Part shown: positions 10,231-20,033 of the stretch, one piece after another
Numbering within the stretch: the first letter of the stretch is position 1
How the letters are laid out: every line of letters starts with the position of its first letter
From: a virus
Lineage: Duplodnaviria > Caudoviricetes
Strand: one strand, 5' to 3'
DNA length: 64,000 nt
Virus record (IMG/VR): IMGVR_UViG_3300046318_000439
Location: 32,001-96,000 of that record
Made by a program: the position numbers and the translations under genes
The notes under the pieces: generated by a model
What the model saw: the letters and a program-made list of their open reading frames with translations, nothing else
Databases searched by the model: none
Told to the model about the DNA's origin: nothing

Positions 10231-11148
10231 TTATGGGGATAGCACTTGATCTGGCTGAACTTGTTCGTACCCTAAAATTTCAAACACATTGTGTGGTATC
10301 TGTGGCATTTCAGCTTGCTCATCGAGTGCTGTTAAGGCAGTGTTAATCTTAGACAAGCGCTCCAACTTCGAAGCAAACTGAGTAGTAGGAACTATGTTAG
10401 TATACTCATATTCAGTAATGTACTGGTTGTGTTTTACTATTTGAGGTATATTGATAGTTCGTTCGAGTACATTAATATACCCATTCTCAATTATATCTTC
10501 AAACTTAATGTAATGAACATTGGGTCCTCCCAACTGCCTCATCACGCACATATTTAACAATGACTCCACATACGATTGTCCAACCATATCCTCCACCAGG
10601 AACCATTCTGCAGTGGCTTGTGGGGTATTATCAATTAGATATGTTATGGAAGGATTACGTTCTATACACAAAACCACAACATTGGTTTCTCCTATATCAG
10701 CTCTAACCCGCTCAATAAAGTTTTTAGAGAACAGGCCAGAAACCACATGCACATCAAAGGGACTATTTTCATATGCTTGCATGAATTCTTCATACGATCC
10801 CCCTGTGTTTTCTGGAGGTAGTCCTAAATCTGGAGTAAGATTGTTAAACTTGTCTCCATAGTAGGTTAGTTCTGGATTTGTGAAAGATTTGAGAGTGTCA
10901 ATATTTCTAACAAATGTCAACCCTCCATCAGCAGCGTATAGCAACGTTTCCGATCCATTAGGATCTTCAGAGGAAACTGGTTTATATACAAGTTCGGAGT
11001 CGGCATTATATACTTCAATTGGAATAGTATGAATATTTGCTGTGTAGTTTCCAATTGAATAATTGTCGTAGTTATTAAAGGCGCGGGACACTTCATAAGC
11101 AATCCCTGGCTTAAACGCTCCTACCGACCCTGTTACAAATATTAACAC
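10231..11148 (-). CDS. Hypothetical protein, possible P-loop/sulfotransferase-like fold
   Basis: N-terminal IFVTGSVGAFK, VLCIERNP and HYIKFEDII echo sulfotransferase IxRNP and YEDL elements; weak match. Confidence 0.35.
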   Translation of the reverse strand: MLIFVTGSVGAFKPGIAYEVSRAFNNYDNYSIGNYTANIHTIPIEVYNADSELVYKPVSSEDPNGSETLLYAADGGLTFVRNIDTLKSFTNPELTYYGDKFNNLTPDLGLPPENTGGSYEEFMQAYENSPFDVHVVSGLFSKNFIERVRADIGETNVVVLCIERNPSITYLIDNTPQATAEWFLVEDMVGQSYVESLLNMCVMRQLGGPNVHYIKFEDIIENGYINVLERTINIPQIVKHNQYITEYEYTNIVPTTQFASKLERLSKINTALTALDEQAEMPQIPHNVFEILGYEQVQPDQVLSP

Positions 11149-11149
11149 A

Positions 11150-11551
11150 CTATCTCCTTAGATACTCTTCTACTATTGAGTTAACAGCATCCCTATCATT
11201 GTAATTGGTTAGCGATTGTAATTTACTAATAATGCCTGTATACTCTTTTTTTTGTTCTTCTAGACGCTTGATATTATCCTTAAGACTTAGATATATCTCT
11301 AAATCATTAATTAAGTATTCGTCCCCTGTCTCGATAATCTTAATGTAGCATTCTTCTTTGTTTTTATCGGTAATAATTATTCCTCTATCGAGAAACTTAT
11401 TATTAATTAGCATTATGGAAATAAAGTCTAGCAGTTTAAATGTTAATAAATCATCCCCAATTATCCCTCGCACTTTTATTTTACATGCGGCTGCCGCTTT
11501 ACCAGCATAGGTACTACTATCAATACATTCAACTTCTTTATACTTCTCCAT
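11150..11551 (-). CDS. Hypothetical protein (133 aa) coupled to the Cys-repeat gene
   Basis: ORF track; its start overlaps the stop of the upstream gene. Confidence 0.7.
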   Translation of the reverse strand: MEKYKEVECIDSSTYAGKAAAACKIKVRGIIGDDLLTFKLLDFISIMLINNKFLDRGIIITDKNKEECYIKIIETGDEYLINDLEIYLSLKDNIKRLEEQKKEYTGIISKLQSLTNYNDRDAVNSIVEEYLRR

Positions 11552-12309
11552 CAGTCACCTCTTAACATATCCACTGGTAATTTGTCATAATCTACTACGT
11601 AAAATCCATTGTCCGCTTTACTTACAGCATCAGCATATTCTGTGCCTAATAACTCTTGAGCCATAACTCCAACATATGTGGTATCTTTATCCCAAATGTA
11701 GCTAAAGGAATATAATTTTATTCCATGCTCAGAGCCAACATACTTAATATTTTCTTTTAATCGTTTGTCGCTATAGTTGCAATTACATGTGCAAGAGTAA
11801 TTACAATTACATGTACAATAATTACAATTGCATGTGCAATAATTACAGTTGCATGTACATACACCAGCAGCCCCTTGTATATCCGTTATGAGACTATTAA
11901 TGTTGGCAGCTGTGATTGTGCTTCCAATTGATACGCTTGTTGCACCAACATATCCCGCAACGGTTGGCCACAATATTAATTGATTGGCTCCATCGATGTA
12001 TCCATTATTAGGAGGAGATGCTTGAACGTTAAGAGCTGCTCGAAAGTTGTTTATATCGCTAGCAGTAATCGGGGAGCTAGGCGTATATGCCACAGTACCA
12101 ACACGACGTCGTGATCGCTCAGCATTGACAGCAGCAGCAAGTTGCGTATATTGGGATGTTGCAATTAGTTGTCCAGCACTTACATTTGTCAGTGCATGAG
12201 TAGTAGCATCTGATGCGTTTGTGCCATAAACAACAATATATGTTCCACTAAAGCCAGATGCGCTTGTGTTATTGAATGCTGGGACTGGGTACGGGGTGTA
12301 CGTCGCCAT
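11551..12309 (-). CDS. Cys-repeat fibre-like protein with C-terminal peptidase S74 intramolecular chaperone
   Basis: YSDKRLKENIKYVG...KLYSFSY...VGVMAQEL...VVDY is the S74 signature. It is preceded by 4x CTCNCNY, and the N-terminal part has ITASDIN/ITAANIN repeats. Confidence 0.85.
   Translation of the reverse strand: MATYTPYPVPAFNNTSASGFSGTYIVVYGTNASDATTHALTNVSAGQLIATSQYTQLAAAVNAERSRRRVGTVAYTPSSPITASDINNFRAALNVQASPPNNGYIDGANQLILWPTVAGYVGATSVSIGSTITAANINSLITDIQGAAGVCTCNCNYCTCNCNYCTCNCNYSCTCNCNYSDKRLKENIKYVGSEHGIKLYSFSYIWDKDTTYVGVMAQELLGTEYADAVSKADNGFYVVDYDKLPVDMLRGD
11773..11859 (-). repeat. Coding tandem repeat (CTCNCNY)3-S-(CTCNCNY), 12 Cys in 29 codons
   Basis: tgt aca tgc aac tgt aat tat / tgc aca tgc aat tgt aat tat / tgt aca tgt aat tgt aat tac / tct / tgc aca tgt aat tgc aac tat. 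Units differ only at synonymous sites. Confidence 0.95.
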
Positions 12310-12323
12310 TTAATTATTCCTTG

Positions 12324-12701
12324 TTAAATTTTTCCTGCTAAGAAGTTTAAATCTTCTTTTGCTTTTGTTTCCGCAATAAACTTTTCATAATCATCTAATT
12401 CTGATGTGATAAAGTCTAATGTTTGTTGATCAGGTTCTTTCATCATATCTACAGCAGAACCGCTTTCCACAACATAACGTACTAGGTCTGCTAAAGAAAA
12501 CCCTAATGCAGCAGAAACCATTTCTATCTGCTCACTAGCTTCAATGGTTTCCCGGCCACCTTTCAAAGCAACCTGCTCCAACGTACGTAATCCTATACCG
12601 AAGCTTTCCATCAATACTGCTCCGACTCCGGAATCTTCTTCTGCAATGTCTTTAATTGCACCAAAAATAATGTCTAATTTATCTTGTATACTCATTTTCA
12701 T
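12324..12701 (-). CDS. Hypothetical acidic protein (125 aa)
   Basis: ORF track; overlaps the upstream rSAM gene. Confidence 0.7.
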   Translation of the reverse strand: MKMSIQDKLDIIFGAIKDIAEEDSGVGAVLMESFGIGLRTLEQVALKGGRETIEASEQIEMVSAALGFSLADLVRYVVESGSAVDMMKEPDQQTLDFITSELDDYEKFIAETKAKEDLNFLAGKI

Positions 12702-13560
12702 TTTCCTTTTCTTTAAAATCGTGGAATTTTAAAGCACTTTCATCATACTTGTATGTTGTAACGTTACCTTCGTCTGTAAAATACGTTTTGGTAGCATGCA
12801 CAACACCGCACCCACTACACATATCGCAGAAAAACTCACAAACTGGTATACTATTATCCCTATTTATCCAATCAGTTCTGAAGCGATTTTTACCGGCTAA
12901 TAACAGCTGTTGATCTTCATCTGAAAGGGTATCCCACGCTATTGACGTAATTACACGCAACGGCTTGAATGTTTTAATAATTCTGTTTATGTCATCATAA
13001 AAAAACTTAATATTATTGTTATGGATAGTATAACGTACTCTGAAACCCATCCTATTTTTCATTAATTTCTTAAATACTGTAATCATGGCTGATGTTGAAT
13101 CAGACCCATCATGGAATATTCTATTACCGTTTCCTACACCATCAAAACTAACATCAATGGACATGAACCCCCTCTTATAGAAAAAGTTCTCCTTTACTTC
13201 TTGCGTAAACTTATCGCTTAGAAATTTAATGCCATTAGTCTCTAAATTAAAATGCACATTCTTTTTCTTGCTGTATGCATACTCCATTAGATAACATACA
13301 TTTTCCCACTGCAATGTTGGTTCCCCTCCAAACAACACTATTAAAGTTTGTTTGTCTGGATCCTCTCTTTCGATAATACCATCAACATATTGTTCAATAT
13401 CTTGCTTTGTTAGAATTTGGGGAGGACGATTCGCCAAATCTTGATAACAATGCTTACATGCCAAATTGCAAACGTTAGTAAAATAAATGACATTAACAGC
13501 TGTATTTTCTTCTACAGGTTTGTCGTCTTTTCTTATAAAGTTTGCAATGATCTCGTTCAT
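12679..13560 (-). CDS. Radical SAM protein (anSME/peptide-maturase-like, truncated SPASM)
   Basis: CNLACKHC, FGGEPTLQW, SFDG, C-terminal CEFFCDMCSGC. Confidence 0.9.
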   Translation of the reverse strand: MNEIIANFIRKDDKPVEENTAVNVIYFTNVCNLACKHCYQDLANRPPQILTKQDIEQYVDGIIEREDPDKQTLIVLFGGEPTLQWENVCYLMEYAYSKKKNVHFNLETNGIKFLSDKFTQEVKENFFYKRGFMSIDVSFDGVGNGNRIFHDGSDSTSAMITVFKKLMKNRMGFRVRYTIHNNNIKFFYDDINRIIKTFKPLRVITSIAWDTLSDEDQQLLLAGKNRFRTDWINRDNSIPVCEFFCDMCSGCGVVHATKTYFTDEGNVTTYKYDESALKFHDFKEKENENEYTR

Positions 13561-13862
13561 TGTATAATCATTTGATGAGAATTCTTATATCGATCATCTT
13601 TAGGACGCGATTGAGCCTCTTTGATAATGTGAGTCATATTATCTAAAAACTTAGGATAGTCAATTTGATATTCGAATAGATGGCCGCGTTCCTGATAATT
13701 AACATACTTACTATCTACACGGGCTTTACCTTTTTTAGCTTCTTCAATTTGCACTGCTAGCTCATCTACAGTCAAAGCATTTCGTGAATCATGCTCTACT
13801 TGACTCATTTCTACTCTCACTGGTATGTCTAGTATACTTTTAAAACGTCTAGGTTCACTCAT
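13557..13862 (-). CDS. Hypothetical protein (101 aa) between rSAM genes
   Basis: ORF track; overlapping junctions on both sides. Confidence 0.7.
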   Translation of the reverse strand: MSEPRRFKSILDIPVRVEMSQVEHDSRNALTVDELAVQIEEAKKGKARVDSKYVNYQERGHLFEYQIDYPKFLDNMTHIIKEAQSRPKDDRYKNSHQMIIQ

Positions 13863-14986
13863 TAGTTTCTACACTCCACGCCTTCATTTTCGACCCCAAC
13901 GTTCTCAATATAATGCAAGATTAAATCTTGGAATACTGGAACGTCTCTGCATTCATCTACCACTCTCATACCCTGCTCGTATGTAATCATAAACAATTCA
14001 CATATACTATCAAGAGGTTTGTTGTCGTTCATAATCTGGGAGTATGTACAGCCAGCATTACAAACTTGTCTTAGCTTACATTCCACACACTTGTCAAAAC
14101 TGTGAGGGCTGAACTTCTCTTGAAAATATTTAAAGTTGTATTGCTCATCAATCTTCATAATCTTTTTACTTGCAAAGCGAGCACAAGGATAAAATTCTCC
14201 ACTGCTCATAAGCACGCCGCCATTGGTACCAGCAAAACATCCTGTTTTACGTTTACCTTTTACTAGACCATACAACGTATCTAAAATAGCAAGTCTCAGG
14301 AATCCAACTGAACACGGAATGCCTGCTTTTAACTTTTCAATATATCGATCAGTTAATCTAATTAATTCTGTACGATATTCTCTGATATCATCAGCCGTCC
14401 ATACATCGTCTCTCACTAAGCTGAAATCTGGATGTTCAATCCCCCAGTCCAACAAAAACTCAAAGTTTTCTGTCATGTCCCTTACATTACCAGGCCAGAT
14501 CATAACTTTGCAACCGTTAGTCAAGTTGACTATAATATCTTTTTTGTATTTGTACAGTTCAAGAATGCCATCAAACAACTTACCAGTTTCTGGGTTTGTG
14601 TTTTCTAGCAGTGGTAGGAGAGGGCGCGTTTCGTTTGAACTCATTCCATCAAAAGACCAAGATACGCCCACACCATTGTCTGTTAGGTACTTGGCTTTCT
14701 CTGCATCAATCATTGTCAGGTTAGTAATAATGTTGATACCTTTACACTTAGGATCTGACTTGAGGTAAGGAACAGCGTGCTGGATTAACTCCCAGTTCAA
14801 TAAAGGTTCCCCGCCAAAGAAGCTAACGTGATATGTGCTATCTCCAGAATTTTTCATCAACACAGGTAAGTCTTGCATGCCTTTGTCAAATACCTCTTTA
14901 GTCATCCAAGTAGGCTTATTAGCAACATAGCAATACGGACATCCTAGATTGCATTTCTCTGTTACTGAAATTTCTAAAGTGAACAT
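13862..14986 (-). CDS. Radical SAM/SPASM peptide-maturase-like protein
   Basis: CNLGCPYC, FFGGEPLLNW, GCFAG...GEFYPCARF, CVECKLRQVCNAGC (Cx2Cx5Cx3C). Confidence 0.92.
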   Translation of the reverse strand: MFTLEISVTEKCNLGCPYCYVANKPTWMTKEVFDKGMQDLPVLMKNSGDSTYHVSFFGGEPLLNWELIQHAVPYLKSDPKCKGINIITNLTMIDAEKAKYLTDNGVGVSWSFDGMSSNETRPLLPLLENTNPETGKLFDGILELYKYKKDIIVNLTNGCKVMIWPGNVRDMTENFEFLLDWGIEHPDFSLVRDDVWTADDIREYRTELIRLTDRYIEKLKAGIPCSVGFLRLAILDTLYGLVKGKRKTGCFAGTNGGVLMSSGEFYPCARFASKKIMKIDEQYNFKYFQEKFSPHSFDKCVECKLRQVCNAGCTYSQIMNDNKPLDSICELFMITYEQGMRVVDECRDVPVFQDLILHYIENVGVENEGVECRN

Positions 14987-16080
14987 TGTTTAGCCTCAAC
15001 TTTAATAGGGATAATCTTAGAGTTCAGAGCTTTACGTAAAGCATAATGAATAACTTCGTTCATTTTAAACACTTTACATACCTGCCAATTGGATGTATGA
15101 TCACTCCACTTTTCAATATACGTTTCTTTTTCGCTCTTTTCAAACGTAGCAGCATTACACTTCATACAGAATTGAGAATCGCACGATTGACAATCAAGCG
15201 GTTGATTCTTTAAGGCATCCTTAAACATCTCTGTTTTCTCTTTGATCAGAGCATCGATATCTGGTACATTGCGAATGTTGCCTAATACGTGTGCGTGGGA
15301 TTCCTTATACATGCATCCATGACAAGGACTAATGTCACCGTTCAAATCCACGCTGACATAATTGATACCAGCAGAGCACAAGGCTCGCGATTGTTGGAAC
15401 CATCCAAACTTTTCTGGTGGAAGTTTATTTGTGTAGATATACTTTGCTATCTTTGTCAACCCAACTTTAAGTTCTTCCATGTGAACAGCAAATTCTTCCT
15501 GTGACAGAGTAGAATACAAGTCAGGAGTAGGGAAGTAGTTATCCGCCATACTAATGACGTCAAGAAATGCTTCGTAAATTAGATGAAAATGCTTAGCTGT
15601 TAATACTGATTTCATATTAACGTTCAGACCATTTTGTTTAGCAGCAAGATAGTTAGATTTAACTAACGCTGAAGATGGGTTACCTACCTTATCAATTCTC
15701 GTAATGTCGTTTACAGGTTTACCATCATATGATATTTGAAGGCGCAATCTGCCTTGACCTAATTCTTTATGCAACTGAACTAATTCAGCCATGTACTTCT
15801 TTAGATACACTCCATTTGTGTAAAAGAAGAAAGAGAAGTTAGGATCGTGTTTGTACTTATCAATCACCCCTTTGCAAAATTCCCAGTTTACAAATGGTTC
15901 TCCACCCCAAAAATACACGTCCTTTTTAGGATCGGATATTTTGGACATGAATTCGTCAATGTTGTCGAGAGTAACTGATGTGTTTTCTTCAAATTCAGTG
16001 GATAGACCGCACTCATACCCCTCTGAACAGTATGTACATGCTAGATTGCACGTGCTTGTTACGTTAATGTCAATAACCAT
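14974..16080 (-). CDS. Radical SAM/SPASM peptide-maturase-like protein
   Basis: CNLACTYC, FWGGEPF, LCSAG...NGDISPCHGC, CQSCDSQFCMKC. Confidence 0.92.
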   Translation of the reverse strand: MVIDINVTSTCNLACTYCSEGYECGLSTEFEENTSVTLDNIDEFMSKISDPKKDVYFWGGEPFVNWEFCKGVIDKYKHDPNFSFFFYTNGVYLKKYMAELVQLHKELGQGRLRLQISYDGKPVNDITRIDKVGNPSSALVKSNYLAAKQNGLNVNMKSVLTAKHFHLIYEAFLDVISMADNYFPTPDLYSTLSQEEFAVHMEELKVGLTKIAKYIYTNKLPPEKFGWFQQSRALCSAGINYVSVDLNGDISPCHGCMYKESHAHVLGNIRNVPDIDALIKEKTEMFKDALKNQPLDCQSCDSQFCMKCNAATFEKSEKETYIEKWSDHTSNWQVCKVFKMNEVIHYALRKALNSKIIPIKVEAKQCSL

Positions 16081-16111
16081 AGTATAAATCTCTCATTGTG
16101 AGTGTTACAAA

Positions 16112-16855
16112 TTACTGTTGTGATCTGTATTCGTAGTTTAATTCCAGTATGGTATTTAGCAATCTAATATCATACTGTTTTGCTAGGGCTTCAGTATCCT
16201 TTGGCAAACAAGGACCTCCAAACCCACGCTTTCCGTCTGGACCAGGTACGCTAAAGTGGGTCGTGCCCATGTATGGGTGATGGATTAACATAGATGTTAG
16301 TTCAGAAAACTCTACTCCCATTTCCTTAGCTACATCGTGTATGGAATTCATATATGTTACCTTTAGGGCTGCAAATGAATTGAGAGTGTATTTAAATAAT
16401 GCTGCAGTCTTAATATCCACGAGAAACGTTTTACCTGGAACTACCGTAGACTGTTGTTCATATATTTGGAGTAGCCGCTCAGCCTTTTCTCTATCACCAC
16501 CAATCACGAGTACTGGCGGCGCTACAAAATCGCTAAAGGATGTTGTTCGCGATAAAAACTCTGGGTTGTATAATATATCAAACTCCTCCAAATGGTGGGG
16601 GAGGATTGTTGATTTAACTACTGTAAGACCCTTGTAATTACTTTTCCTGATTTCCTGAAGTACTTGCTTTAGAATACTATAATCAGTATCGTCAGTAGGA
16701 GTGGGCACGCACACAAAAATGACGTCTGGATTTTGCATGCAGACGTCATTTATTGTTGTTGTGTTATACTGAGGATCACTTATCACAGAAGTTGTATGTT
16801 TGAAGCCGTACTCTACAGCTTTACCTACCATACCATAACCAATAATACCAATCAT
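16112..16855 (-). CDS. ugd: UDP-glucose/GDP-mannose 6-dehydrogenase family protein
   Basis: GIIGYGMVG, CVPTP, KST, NPEFL, GFGGPCLPKD catalytic motif. Confidence 0.9.
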   Translation of the reverse strand: MIGIIGYGMVGKAVEYGFKHTTSVISDPQYNTTTINDVCMQNPDVIFVCVPTPTDDTDYSILKQVLQEIRKSNYKGLTVVKSTILPHHLEEFDILYNPEFLSRTTSFSDFVAPPVLVIGGDREKAERLLQIYEQQSTVVPGKTFLVDIKTAALFKYTLNSFAALKVTYMNSIHDVAKEMGVEFSELTSMLIHHPYMGTTHFSVPGPDGKRGFGGPCLPKDTEALAKQYDIRLLNTILELNYEYRSQQ

Positions 16856-16867
16856 AAAACTCCTAAA

Positions 16868-18310
16868 TTATAAAATGTAACACTCCACTAATTTTTCTTC
16901 AAGTTGAGAGTTTGTATGTAAGGCAATAGCAATAGGATTCACTATACCCGAAATTGCGCATCCATCAAGACCAGCTACAAGAGTCTGTCCTTTTTTGATA
17001 GCCCCAACTACTCGAACAGGCACTCGCCCTTTTAGCGCAATTGGTTGACCTGCTGCATCTGCATTCATTAGGTAAGCTGGATTTGTGGATACCACGCCAA
17101 TCGCTGGTTGACTAAAATGACTTGATGCAGTGCATTCGGCTTCAGTTGTATCATCTGCTATCACCACAACAGTGCCAGGTATATATTCTTTGTCTGTAGT
17201 GTATTTTTCTGCTATGTCGGCATATCGTGCACTGGTAGCAGTTGCTGTTATAACGCCAGCGCTGAAATTGCCACTTGCATCACGAGCAACAATTGTAGAT
17301 CCCGTCGCTGCGTCTGTCGCACTACGATTGGCACCAGCATACAGTAACGTATTGGCACCCGTTGCCGTACCACTCAATGAGGCCGTTATAACACCAGCAC
17401 TGAAATTGCCACTTGCGTCTCGTGACACTACTTTATTTGCTGTGGCAGCAGACGTTGCATCAACGTTAAGAGTGATATCTGATGTTAGTGTTCCACCACC
17501 AACCATAAAGCTTCCGTTTGACACTGAACGAGCACATTGATTGGCCGTACCGTTTAATGTGCCAGTAACTCCGCCTGTGGCTGTAATTAAGCCAGTAACA
17601 CTGACTGTGTTAGAGAAAGTAGCCGCGCCTACCACCCCTAGTGTAGTAGAAACGTTCGCAGAACCAGTTACGTTTATACCAGCGCCAGGACTAAGAAGTC
17701 CTCCAACAGAAAGTGTGTTAGAGAAAGTGCCAGCGAGAACGCCAGTAAATGTTCCACCTATTCTTAAAGCACTGGCTACGTTTGCAGAACCAGTTACAGT
17801 TAAAGCAGCGTCTGGAGTAGTGTTATTAATACCTACACGGTTATTAACGCCATCAACAAACAAAACTCCACTATCAAAAATTGAGTTACCAGTTGTGACT
17901 GTAAGATTAGTTGTGGTGACGTTGGATGCAGCTGTAATGTTTGTTGCAACAAAATCGCCGATTACGTTAGCAGCACCAGTTACAACAAAAGCTACCGTTT
18001 GACCTAATGCAGTATTAACCCCGACGCGATTGTTAGTAGCATCAATAGAAAGTGTACTTGTATCGAATGTTGCATTTGCAGCACCAAATGTTGAGATGCC
18101 TGCTACTTGAAGGGTTGTCCCAACGTTGGCAAATCCACCAATTGAGGTATTACCGGTTAGTGTGCTAGTGCCAGTAACTGCTAATGTGTTTGAGAAAGCC
18201 GCTGCATTGATGACAGATAGCTGTTGAGTTATTGATACGTTTCCAGTAACCGATGCGTTTTCTGAAACGATGAGTCCTTTACGGACTCGGAAGTCTTGAA
18301 TTGCTGCCAT
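16868..18310 (-). CDS. Tail fibre with C-terminal peptidase G2-type (IMC) chaperone
   Basis: Gly/Asn/Thr beta-repeats, 2x RDASGNFSAGVITA, YADIAEKY (DxAE), GVVSTNPAYLMN, LKGRVPVRVVG. Confidence 0.8.
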   Translation of the reverse strand: MAAIQDFRVRKGLIVSENASVTGNVSITQQLSVINAAAFSNTLAVTGTSTLTGNTSIGGFANVGTTLQVAGISTFGAANATFDTSTLSIDATNNRVGVNTALGQTVAFVVTGAANVIGDFVATNITAASNVTTTNLTVTTGNSIFDSGVLFVDGVNNRVGINNTTPDAALTVTGSANVASALRIGGTFTGVLAGTFSNTLSVGGLLSPGAGINVTGSANVSTTLGVVGAATFSNTVSVTGLITATGGVTGTLNGTANQCARSVSNGSFMVGGGTLTSDITLNVDATSAATANKVVSRDASGNFSAGVITASLSGTATGANTLLYAGANRSATDAATGSTIVARDASGNFSAGVITATATSARYADIAEKYTTDKEYIPGTVVVIADDTTEAECTASSHFSQPAIGVVSTNPAYLMNADAAGQPIALKGRVPVRVVGAIKKGQTLVAGLDGCAISGIVNPIAIALHTNSQLEEKLVECYIL

Positions 18311-18344
18311 TAGTTTCCCTTTCCACTAACGTTAAATTGTATAA

Positions 18345-19079
18345 TTATGATAACATTAATCTAGCTACCTTAAATGTAGCGTTTGTTGTTGGTGTTGCAA
18401 GAAGACGTACATTACCAGCACTGATATCAGCATCGAATGTACAGAATGTTGCTACTGTGTTGACGACTGCATACTCAGTTAAGAATACAGTAGTACCATC
18501 ATGCGTAAGAAGTAATTCTTCGGACATATATCCAGTCGTTGCATTTTTTACTTCGATTAGATATTTTGTTGTTCTGTATGTAGTAGAGAATGTATCTACA
18601 ATAGTTTGACCTGCTACAGCGTTTGCATATACTGTATTGGTAGATTGAACCGATAATGTAGGTCCAACAGCAGCTCTAACACTTACTGTCAATGTGTTAC
18701 TAATAGTTGTGTTGTTAGATATTGTTACTGTATTAGAAACGTTGAGGTTTGTTGCATACACGAACCATCTATTATCTGTGGTACCTAATGATATATTATT
18801 TGTGCTCGGAACTGTTGATCCTCTAAAGGTCACAGTATTTGCAAAATCGGCTGAGTTGGCAAACAATTCCCAACGGTTGTTAGTATTACCAAGAGCGCGT
18901 CCAGACACATCAGGTACGAAGTTGCCGGTAACGTTGGCGGTAAATACAACACTTCCTCCAACCGTCAAATCTCCAACAACGTTGGCAAAGCCTCTAACGA
19001 GGATATTCTGCTCTATCTCTGCGTCACCAACAACCAGTAACCCGTGTTCTGCTTTGAAGTTTGTATTTCCAGTTGCCAT
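18345..19079 (-). CDS. Virion structural/fibre protein
   Basis: Asn/Thr-rich; C-terminal KYLIEVKN..SEELLLTHDGTTVFLTEYA domain typical of T4-like aquatic phage structural proteins. Confidence 0.65.
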   Translation of the reverse strand: MATGNTNFKAEHGLLVVGDAEIEQNILVRGFANVVGDLTVGGSVVFTANVTGNFVPDVSGRALGNTNNRWELFANSADFANTVTFRGSTVPSTNNISLGTTDNRWFVYATNLNVSNTVTISNNTTISNTLTVSVRAAVGPTLSVQSTNTVYANAVAGQTIVDTFSTTYRTTKYLIEVKNATTGYMSEELLLTHDGTTVFLTEYAVVNTVATFCTFDADISAGNVRLLATPTTNATFKVARLMLS

Positions 19080-19082
19080 ATA

Positions 19083-20033
19083 TTATGCTAGTAATGAAAC
19101 ATTTAAGGTAAGTTGAGAGTTCGGTGCAGTTTGATTAAATCTCAACAGCGCATGAGTGGTATTAGCGGATATACTATACACTCCTAAATTGGATGAAGGA
19201 GGAGAGTGGAGTGTTGCATATTCTGTTAAGTATGCATTTGTACCATCAGTAACTATTAAGAATTTAGACACACGAGATGTAGATCCATTTTTAATTACAG
19301 ATGTGAAGTCTCCGCCCTTATACATCATCATTTCCCAACTATAAACATTGAGAGGAGAACCTGTCGACGCCCCTAGATCAGTGTTTGATACGTGGGTTTG
19401 AATGCCATCCATACCGTCCGGACCGTGACGCCATTCTCCCATCATTGTTATGTTGTCTGTTACTTCTACTGATCCTGTAAACAATGTATTGGATGTGATG
19501 TTAACGCCATTGGATGTAATATTGACAGTATTGCTGGAAACTGATAATGTATTCCCAGTAATATTAATAGTATTAGATCCAAGCGTTGTATTTGCCCCTG
19601 TAAAATTAGCGTTGCTACCAACGACGATTCTATTGCCAGTTAAAGTAACGTTAGCATTGAATGTAGAATTTGAGCTAACGTTTAATGTGGGACCAGTCAC
19701 ATTCATAGCAATCGCGTTAATGGAGGTCACTGCATTAGTTATGTTTAGATTGGAACTGAAGGCAGCATTAGCACCAGTAAATATTACATTAGAAGAAACA
19801 GTTAAGTTTGCTGCAGCGTTGACTGTACCGCCTCTTATACTACTACCAACTGCAATTGTATTAGCACCAAAAATACCAATCAAGTTAGTATTGCCGGTTG
19901 TATTAGCTCCATCGTTAGATGAGTTGGCTGTAATTATCTCTGAACCAAGAGTAGAAATTATTTGATTAGTTTTTGTAATAAGTGAGGAAAACGTATCCGT
20001 CGCTATTACAATTGAGGTTATATTCTTTGCCAT
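19083..20033 (-). CDS. Virion structural/fibre protein, paralogous C-terminus to 18345-19079
   Basis: N-terminal TDTFSSLITKTN; C-terminal KFLIVTDGTNAYLTEYA. Confidence 0.65.
   Translation of the reverse strand: MAKNITSIVIATDTFSSLITKTNQIISTLGSEIITANSSNDGANTTGNTNLIGIFGANTIAVGSSIRGGTVNAAANLTVSSNVIFTGANAAFSSNLNITNAVTSINAIAMNVTGPTLNVSSNSTFNANVTLTGNRIVVGSNANFTGANTTLGSNTINITGNTLSVSSNTVNITSNGVNITSNTLFTGSVEVTDNITMMGEWRHGPDGMDGIQTHVSNTDLGASTGSPLNVYSWEMMMYKGGDFTSVIKNGSTSRVSKFLIVTDGTNAYLTEYATLHSPPSSNLGVYSISANTTHALLRFNQTAPNSQLTLNVSLLA

Noticed and set aside
11773-11859. Cys repeat as a CRISPR array or slippage microsatellite
   Set aside because: No spacers; the units differ only at synonymous codon positions and lie in frame inside a protein.
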